From positions 5,034 to 69,033 of the forward strand of contig MHWY01000001.1 in assembly GCA_001824295.1 (NCBI GenBank): a DNA stretch of 64,000 nucleotides, given 5' to 3'. The position numbers were made by a program, and so were the translations under genes. Source of the stretch: Candidatus Zambryskibacteria bacterium RIFOXYD1_FULL_40_13. GTDB lineage: Bacteria; Patescibacteriota; Minisyncoccia; Phycocordibacterales; DATDWN01. Positions 58,082-64,000 of the stretch are shown in pieces. Position 1 is the first letter of the stretch. Each line of letters starts with the position of its first letter. The notes under the pieces were generated by a model. That model was not told the origin of the DNA. It worked only from the letters and a program-made list of their open reading frames with translations, and ran no database searches.

Positions 58082-60349
58082 ATGGATATGGAGGGGATAA
58101 AATTAAACCAAGAAATACCTGAAAATAAGTCTACTGGGACTCTAGAACAGGTATATCAAGCTCTAAATCCAAACAGAGAGAAACAAATTCTTGCCAAATT
58201 TACTCCAGAACAGCAAGAAGAAATTAGGCAGAAACAACAAATACTCTCCTCTTTGGCTTACTTTGTAGGTAAGGACTTCCGCATACCAGTTGAATTAAAT
58301 GAGCCAGGGGGCGGTTGGTACTGGAATTTTAAAGATAATGAAATAAGAATTGATCCAAAAGATCTTCTGGAAAAATCAATGGATTATTTGAGATTTGTTA
58401 TCTCTCATGAAGGAGGACATAGGAGAATAAGTAGGACAGATTTCATACCCTTAGAAGAATGGCAACAGCCAGGATTCTCTTTCATGACGAATGCTATAGA
58501 AGATCCAAGGGATAATAATTTCGTAGCTGAAAGTTATCCAAAATTCAGAGAACAAATGAGTTTGGCATATGAACAAGACTTAGATTTTGAGGCAAAAGCT
58601 AAAGAAAAAGCCGATCAAAAACTTGGATATAAACCTAGATTTATGCAGGCTGGATTTGAATATATAAAACAGTGGTTTAGAGAAACCAAAGGGCAGGATT
58701 TTGAAATTTCTCCTGATTTACCAGAAGAGGTTAGGGTTGTGGTTGAGGCAACCCTAGAGTCAGCTCAAGATTCTTGGCTTCGATATCCATCACGACAAGA
58801 AGCAGATAAAAGTGAGGAATTGATCAGGAAATATGCCGAACTTTCATACAAAATCAATCGCGACTTTGTCTGGCCAGAATTTAAAAAGTTAATTGATGCT
58901 GATATGGAAGATCAGAAAATGGAAGAACTTTTGAAAGATATGCAAAAAAATAAGGACGGAGGGGAAGAAAAAAACGATGGAAAAATAAAATTGCCACAAG
59001 AACTGAAAGACAAACTAACTCCAGAAGAACAACAAACTCTTGAAGAGGCTATTAAAAAAGCAATTGAGCAAGCTAAAAAAGAACAGCAAGAGGCTAAAGA
59101 AAAAGCAGAAAAAGATATTAAGAAACAAGGCGAAGCTACGACAGAAAAGGGAGAAAAAACTGAAGGCACTCCCGAGCCAGACGCAGATGGTACACCCCAA
59201 GATATAGAAGGAGAAAAATCGGGAGGGGGTAAGCCAATAAATCTTGACTCTCTGTCAGAAGAATTGAAACAAAAAATTAAGGATTATATTTATTCACTTC
59301 CAGAAGAAGAACAAAGAGAAATTAAAGAACAAGCAGAAAAAGTCTTTAAAGAATTCGAGGATGCTTTGAGTGAAGAACTGCAAGGTAAACTCTCAGATAA
59401 TCCAGATAAAAAAGCCGAGAGAGAATCAAAAGATAAACCTAAAGAAGAACTAGAAAAGGAAGAAAAAACCGAAAAGGGCAGACCAGAAGTCGATGAAGAG
59501 GAATTGAGAAAATATAAAGATAGGGTCGCAAAGGAACTCAAAAAAGATGAAAATTTATATGAACATATGCGACAAGAAGTTTTGCCTCTTATAGATAAAC
59601 TCGAAAATGAACTGCGAGAAATATTCGTTGCTCGTCGAGCTCAGGGGTGGAAAAGTGGTTTTACTACAGGCAAGAGAATTGACATAAAAAGAAGAATTCA
59701 AGAAAAAGCCAAATCAGTCCATGCAATGGAAAGCAAAGCATGGCAAAAAAGAGAACTACCAAAAGAAAAGGACTATGCCATTTCTATGTTGGTTGATTTG
59801 TCAGGTTCAATGTCAAACGGAAATAAAATACGAGAGACATTCAAGGCTGTCATTGTCTTGTCAGAGGTATTAAATCGTTTGTCTATTAATCTTGAAGTAC
59901 TTGGTTTTAATGATCGAATTTATGAGTATCAGGATTTCGGAGAACAGATGTCAAAACTTATACGAGAACATATGGGGGGTATGCTTGCCGAAGTAAATGA
60001 TACGAGTGATACAGGTAAGGCTAGATGGAATGATGATGGGTGGGCATTGGAACAAGCATCTGATAGATTGGCTCGACAAAAAGCGGACCAAAAATTCTTG
60101 ATAGTTATGTCTGACGGTACACCCGAAGAATCTTCCATGCACCCAAGAGCCAAATATGAACTTGGTAAGATGATTAAAAAAGTTCTAGAGGAAAGTGATG
60201 TTCGCCTTGTGGGTCTTGGTATCGGTCAAGGAACTGAGCATGTAAGTAGATATTATCCAAACAGTATTGCAAATGTGAAGGTAGAAGAAATGGCAGAAAA
60301 ATTAGCTGATCTTATAAGAGAAGTCATTGCTAATTACGAAAATTTTTAG
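58082..60349 (+). CDS. DUF2201-like protein: N-terminal putative metallopeptidase (HEGGH) domain, long Lys/Glu-rich linker, C-terminal vWA domain
   Basis: ISHEGGHRR HExxH-like motif; vWA MIDAS MLVDLSGSM and MSDGTPEE; architecture typical of vWA partners of MoxR AAA_5 ATPases. Confidence 0.65.
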   Translation: MDMEGIKLNQEIPENKSTGTLEQVYQALNPNREKQILAKFTPEQQEEIRQKQQILSSLAYFVGKDFRIPVELNEPGGGWYWNFKDNEIRIDPKDLLEKSMDYLRFVISHEGGHRRISRTDFIPLEEWQQPGFSFMTNAIEDPRDNNFVAESYPKFREQMSLAYEQDLDFEAKAKEKADQKLGYKPRFMQAGFEYIKQWFRETKGQDFEISPDLPEEVRVVVEATLESAQDSWLRYPSRQEADKSEELIRKYAELSYKINRDFVWPEFKKLIDADMEDQKMEELLKDMQKNKDGGEEKNDGKIKLPQELKDKLTPEEQQTLEEAIKKAIEQAKKEQQEAKEKAEKDIKKQGEATTEKGEKTEGTPEPDADGTPQDIEGEKSGGGKPINLDSLSEELKQKIKDYIYSLPEEEQREIKEQAEKVFKEFEDALSEELQGKLSDNPDKKAERESKDKPKEELEKEEKTEKGRPEVDEEELRKYKDRVAKELKKDENLYEHMRQEVLPLIDKLENELREIFVARRAQGWKSGFTTGKRIDIKRRIQEKAKSVHAMESKAWQKRELPKEKDYAISMLVDLSGSMSNGNKIRETFKAVIVLSEVLNRLSINLEVLGFNDRIYEYQDFGEQMSKLIREHMGGMLAEVNDTSDTGKARWNDDGWALEQASDRLARQKADQKFLIVMSDGTPEESSMHPRAKYELGKMIKKVLEESDVRLVGLGIGQGTEHVSRYYPNSIANVKVEEMAEKLADLIREVIANYENF

Positions 60350-60363
60350 TATAAATAAGCTGT

Positions 60364-60777
60364 ATGAAAGAGACTGAAAATAAAGAATTTATAGATTTTC
60401 TGAAGGTGGCTTTTGGTCAAAAAGAGGTTGGATTGATTATGGCTAAAAATAGAGATGAATTAGGTGATTTTTCTAGAATAATGGATAATGAGGGATTTAA
60501 GAGATCAGATAATATTTTGGATTTATTAAATTCTCCAAAAATGTATCTCTCTGTTGATGAAAATATGAATAAAGATGTTTATGATTTTATTGTTCAATAC
60601 CCAACAGGTCAAGTGGAAATATTTGATAATACAGCAATGAAATCGAACACATTTTCACCAAACCATACTAATAGTTGTGTAGTTATTCTTGTTCTAAAAG
60701 AAGACTTGAGCAAAATTCAAGAAAAAGGTTGGGATATTTTGTCTCTATGTGGCGTAACATATCAATCACAAATTTAA
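60364..60777 (+). CDS. hypothetical 137-aa protein between vWA and AAA_5 genes
   Basis: same strand and tight spacing as flanking genes; no recognised domain. Confidence 0.4.
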   Translation: MKETENKEFIDFLKVAFGQKEVGLIMAKNRDELGDFSRIMDNEGFKRSDNILDLLNSPKMYLSVDENMNKDVYDFIVQYPTGQVEIFDNTAMKSNTFSPNHTNSCVVILVLKEDLSKIQEKGWDILSLCGVTYQSQI

Positions 60778-60788
60778 TTTTTTAAATT

Positions 60789-62960
60789 ATGAAATTCGGC
60801 GAATCACAATTTAATGCTCTGAATACAGAAAATCCTAACAAAAATGAAGGGTTGAAAAACCCTGAGCCTCTAGATAATACTGACCCAATAGCCGAAGACG
60901 AGGATTCAATGTCATATTTAGGAGTTACACTAGAAAAAGCAAAATCTGGACACGATCAATTTGTACCAAAAAGGGAGCAGTATGGAGATTTCATAAATGA
61001 TAAAGAAGTGGCATTACCACTTCAAAGGGATGTGGCGGTTGCCTTCATGAGTGGAGAACCACTTCTCGTAGACGGAGGCACTTCTCTTGGTAAAACTACT
61101 ACAATTAGGAAAATGGCAAGCGAGCTCGGTTGGGAGGTCCACTATGCAAACTTAAATGGTGCGACGGATGTGGAAGATCTCATGGGTAGATATATCCCTA
61201 ATCCTCACAAGAATAAACCTGAAGATCCGGAATATATTTTTGCGGATGGAAAAGTAACCAGTGGTTTGAGACAAGAAGAAGGTAAGGTTAAGGTTATTAT
61301 ATTGGATGAATTTAACGCTTCGGCTCCAAACATTCTCATTCGCCTCCATGAAGTGCTGGACTCTCTAGAAAGAGGTGGAGACGTTATATTATCGGAAGAT
61401 GCTTCGGAAGCGGTGGCAGTAAACAAAGGAGTGACTAAAATCGTTGCACTGATGAACCCTCCAGGTAAAGGATACTTTGGACGAGAACCATTAGACCCTG
61501 CTCAACTTCGTAGATGGGTATATAAAAAACTTCCGTCTGAATTACCTGCAAATACATTCTCTTATGCAACAGACTCTCTTTTTGGATTGGCTAGTGAACA
61601 ACAGAACATAACTCCTGATATGTTCTTGCGAGCCAGAGGGGAAGGTTTAACACATGAACAACTACAAGATATTCCTGGTCTTCCTGAGGTCTTGGAGAAA
61701 TACAAAGAGTTCCATAAGGCCTCAAAAGAACTGTTAAAAAACAGAAAGATTGCTGAAGATCAACCACAACCTTTTACTTATGATGATCGTATGGAACCTC
61801 GCAGAGTCAGAGATTTTATTTTGAGATTTTATAATGGAGATCTCAATGAGACCATGCAACAAGCTCTCCGTTATTACTATGCAAATAAACTAGAAAGTGA
61901 CGCTGATAGAAAAAAGCTTGGCGAGCTCATACGATTAGTTGAATATAAAGCAAAACCTGGAGAGTCGAAAAGGAAAGGTTTGGAAGTGGGAGTCTCTAAA
62001 GAAAAAGCTGGTCTAATAAATGATATAGAAAAACTAAAAGCTGAAGTTGAAGCAAGTGGAAAATTGCCAAAAACAGAGTCTAAGGATTCACCAGATACTC
62101 TGTTAAAGAAAATGGAGTTAGCCAAAGAAATGCTCGGTAAGGATTTCATGGGCCCAGAAAAAATTGAGAAAGCTTTTGGTATTAAATTAGCCACAGAAGA
62201 TATTCCAGATATGCCGTATTCAATTGAGGATCTTGAGCGAGCCAAAGAAAACGGAGAAATGCTTGTGTTAGGGGTAGACAAAGATTCAAGCGGTAAGCTT
62301 CTTACCATAGCTCATATGCTTGAAATGATTCCTGAACTAAAGGATCCGACCACAGGAGAAAAGATTAAAGTTTTATATGGTCAAGAAAAACCTGGTTCTA
62401 AATTGGCTGATGATTGTTGGTATAGAAATGAGCCATTTTATACAGGTGTTAATAAAGATGGTACCATTATCCCAGATGCCCATCCTCGTCTCAGATGGAG
62501 ATTAACATCAAAAGCCCCCCTTCCTGAATCAATAGCCACTTCTTATGGCGGTACCGCTGAAAAATCTACTAACTATGTTGAACAAACAAAGATTTTAAGA
62601 GAATATCTTACGTCTGTAGGGTCTCTCTCTGAAGATGAGGCGAAAGAATCTTCCGATAAAGTTCTTACAGAAATATCAAAACTCATGGAGTCTGACTGGA
62701 AAGAAGCGGCTAAAAGACTTTCTGAACTTACAATAAACAAAAATCACAGAAGACTTCCTCCAGAAGTTATTTACGATATATTGCTTTCCATAAAAGGAAA
62801 TGACGAGCGAATTATGGAACAAGTATATGATTGGACAGCGGCCCTTTCGTCTGGTGGCGAGCTGGTGTCTGTCGGCGGCGCTTACCGTGGCGGTGTGGGC
62901 GTCAGCGCCGACGGGCCCGACGGTCGCGATGGCCCTCTTGGTGTCGTTTCTCTCCGCTAG
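60789..62960 (+). CDS. AAA_5 (MoxR/CbbQ-like) ATPase with long uncharacterised C-terminal region
   Basis: Walker A DGGTSLGKTTT, Walker B VIILDEFN, sensor region; C-terminal about 300 aa paralogous to next ORF; GC-rich 3-prime tail. Confidence 0.7.
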   Translation: MKFGESQFNALNTENPNKNEGLKNPEPLDNTDPIAEDEDSMSYLGVTLEKAKSGHDQFVPKREQYGDFINDKEVALPLQRDVAVAFMSGEPLLVDGGTSLGKTTTIRKMASELGWEVHYANLNGATDVEDLMGRYIPNPHKNKPEDPEYIFADGKVTSGLRQEEGKVKVIILDEFNASAPNILIRLHEVLDSLERGGDVILSEDASEAVAVNKGVTKIVALMNPPGKGYFGREPLDPAQLRRWVYKKLPSELPANTFSYATDSLFGLASEQQNITPDMFLRARGEGLTHEQLQDIPGLPEVLEKYKEFHKASKELLKNRKIAEDQPQPFTYDDRMEPRRVRDFILRFYNGDLNETMQQALRYYYANKLESDADRKKLGELIRLVEYKAKPGESKRKGLEVGVSKEKAGLINDIEKLKAEVEASGKLPKTESKDSPDTLLKKMELAKEMLGKDFMGPEKIEKAFGIKLATEDIPDMPYSIEDLERAKENGEMLVLGVDKDSSGKLLTIAHMLEMIPELKDPTTGEKIKVLYGQEKPGSKLADDCWYRNEPFYTGVNKDGTIIPDAHPRLRWRLTSKAPLPESIATSYGGTAEKSTNYVEQTKILREYLTSVGSLSEDEAKESSDKVLTEISKLMESDWKEAAKRLSELTINKNHRRLPPEVIYDILLSIKGNDERIMEQVYDWTAALSSGGELVSVGGAYRGGVGVSADGPDGRDGPLGVVSLR

Positions 62961-63057
62961 TTCTTCTCTCTTGAAACTTTGACCTTTTCTTCTTTGATTC
63001 TTTGGTATTCCTCGCGATAATTTTTTGTGTTATACTAGCTTTAAATAGACAATAAAT

Positions 63058-64000
63058 ATGGAAGGTATACCTACAACTCCAAGTAAAGAAAAAAGTCTTG
63101 AAAAAGATGAGTTTTCAGGTTCCAAGACTCTCGAAGAAATAGCTAGAATACAAAAAGGTCGAGACCTCAGCGCTTTGAGTGTGAAGGAACTCTCTTCTAT
63201 AAGAGAAAAGTACATCAGATTGAAACAAGAGTTAAATATTGGTGGAAAGGAAGTGAAAGAAGGAATGGAAACTTCCTATGAGCAAGCTCAAGAGATTATG
63301 GGAGAAAGTTTTTATGGGACAGAAGAAATAAAGAACACTTTTGGATTTGAATTTCCGAAAGAAAAAATACCCCATGTTCCGTATACTCCCGAAGTGCTTG
63401 AAAAAGCAAAGGAAAATGGAGAGATGTTGGTGTTACGTGTAGAAAGCGATGGATCGGGCTCTTCTATAACCATGCAAAGAATGAATGAAATCATGCAGAC
63501 CATTCTGGAGAAGGATAGTGAGGAAGAACAGGAAAAGTTGCTTTATGATACTAATTGGTATCACGAGGAAGATTTCTTTAAAAATGCTTCCTTAAAGACT
63601 GAGTGGAGAATAGTCGGCAAAGAATTCATACCAGACTCAACGAGTAAGAATTATATAGAACAGACTAAGATATTACGAGACTATCTCTTTGGTTTAGAGT
63701 CACTCTCTGAAGAAGAGAAATCAGAATGTACCGATGAGCTACTTGAAGGACTTCAAAAAATGCTTGATGACGATTATGATAAAAATTGGCAAGAGGTTGC
63801 CAAGAAACTTTCAGAGCTTTTGGTTAATAAAAATCACAGACGAATTCCAGCAGAAATATTATATGATTGGGTTTTACAGTTTAGAAATAGAAAAGATCGA
63901 GGTATTTTGGAAGAAAATTATGACTGGTCAAACACCCTTTCGTCTGATGGCGGGCTGGTGTATGTCGGCTACGCTGACCGTGGCGGTGTGGACGTCGGCG
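63058..64000 (+). CDS. paralog of the C-terminal module of the AAA_5 protein (partial, runs off window)
   Basis: shared blocks AKENGEMLVL, YIEQTKILRDYL, NKNHRRIPAEI and near-identical GC-rich 3-prime tail; ORF open to window end. Confidence 0.5.
   Translation, partial: MEGIPTTPSKEKSLEKDEFSGSKTLEEIARIQKGRDLSALSVKELSSIREKYIRLKQELNIGGKEVKEGMETSYEQAQEIMGESFYGTEEIKNTFGFEFPKEKIPHVPYTPEVLEKAKENGEMLVLRVESDGSGSSITMQRMNEIMQTILEKDSEEEQEKLLYDTNWYHEEDFFKNASLKTEWRIVGKEFIPDSTSKNYIEQTKILRDYLFGLESLSEEEKSECTDELLEGLQKMLDDDYDKNWQEVAKKLSELLVNKNHRRIPAEILYDWVLQFRNRKDRGILEENYDWSNTLSSDGGLVYVGYADRGGVDVG

Noticed and set aside
58900-59560. Lys/Glu-rich repetitive stretch inside the vWA protein gene considered as a DNA-level tandem repeat
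   Set aside because: The repetition is at the amino-acid composition level (charged linker), not exact nucleotide repeats. It is a low-complexity coding region.
1-64000. search for rRNA, tRNA and CRISPR arrays
   Set aside because: No rRNA-like conserved blocks, no recognisable tRNA T-arm/acceptor structures, and no regularly spaced direct repeats were found by eye. The direct repeats at 57855-58000 are only two units inside hairpins.

Overview
The window reads as a low-GC, compact, CPR/Patescibacteria-like bacterial chromosome segment with dense housekeeping genes on both strands. Recognisable core genes are typA, truB, hisS, uppP, a UvrD/PcrA-type helicase-nuclease, rpoD, dnaG, rpoC, rpoB, lexA, ybaK, capA, a Pif1/RecD helicase, trmD, a KH-domain protein, rpsP, rnr, an SMC-like ATPase, rnc, a NusB-NUDIX fusion, rpmF, rnhB, dnaE, thrS, gyrB, pheS, a GT2 glycosyltransferase, an HNH nuclease, and a vWA/MoxR (AAA_5) gene pair. 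Three things stand out. First, about a dozen short, conspicuously GC-rich islands interrupt the core. Each looks like a self-contained cassette: a consensus-like sigma70 promoter, an AGGAGG-type SD, an ATG start and a GC-rich stem-loop plus T-run terminator. They encode mostly unrecognisable small proteins, a DksA/TraR zinc finger and a tandem-duplicated 72-aa protein among them. One island sits inside the conserved rpsP-KH-trmD operon. Second, there are two dispersed intergenic repeat families. One is a palindromic element with a conserved hairpin core closed by copy-specific, near-perfect 21-25 bp stems (3 copies). Third, a tandem pair of hairpins with conserved loops and covarying stems lies upstream of a vWA-metallopeptidase/AAA_5 locus. 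Both paralogous ORFs of that locus end in a near-identical GC-rich tail. I also see a Cheo-type LexA box embedded in a sigma70 promoter in front of a small-ORF-lexA operon, a Thr T-box leader before thrS, and a monomeric mitochondrial-like PheS with a C-terminal FDX-ACB domain. No rRNA, tRNA or CRISPR array was recognised by eye. All GC statements are eyeball estimates, and no database search was possible.
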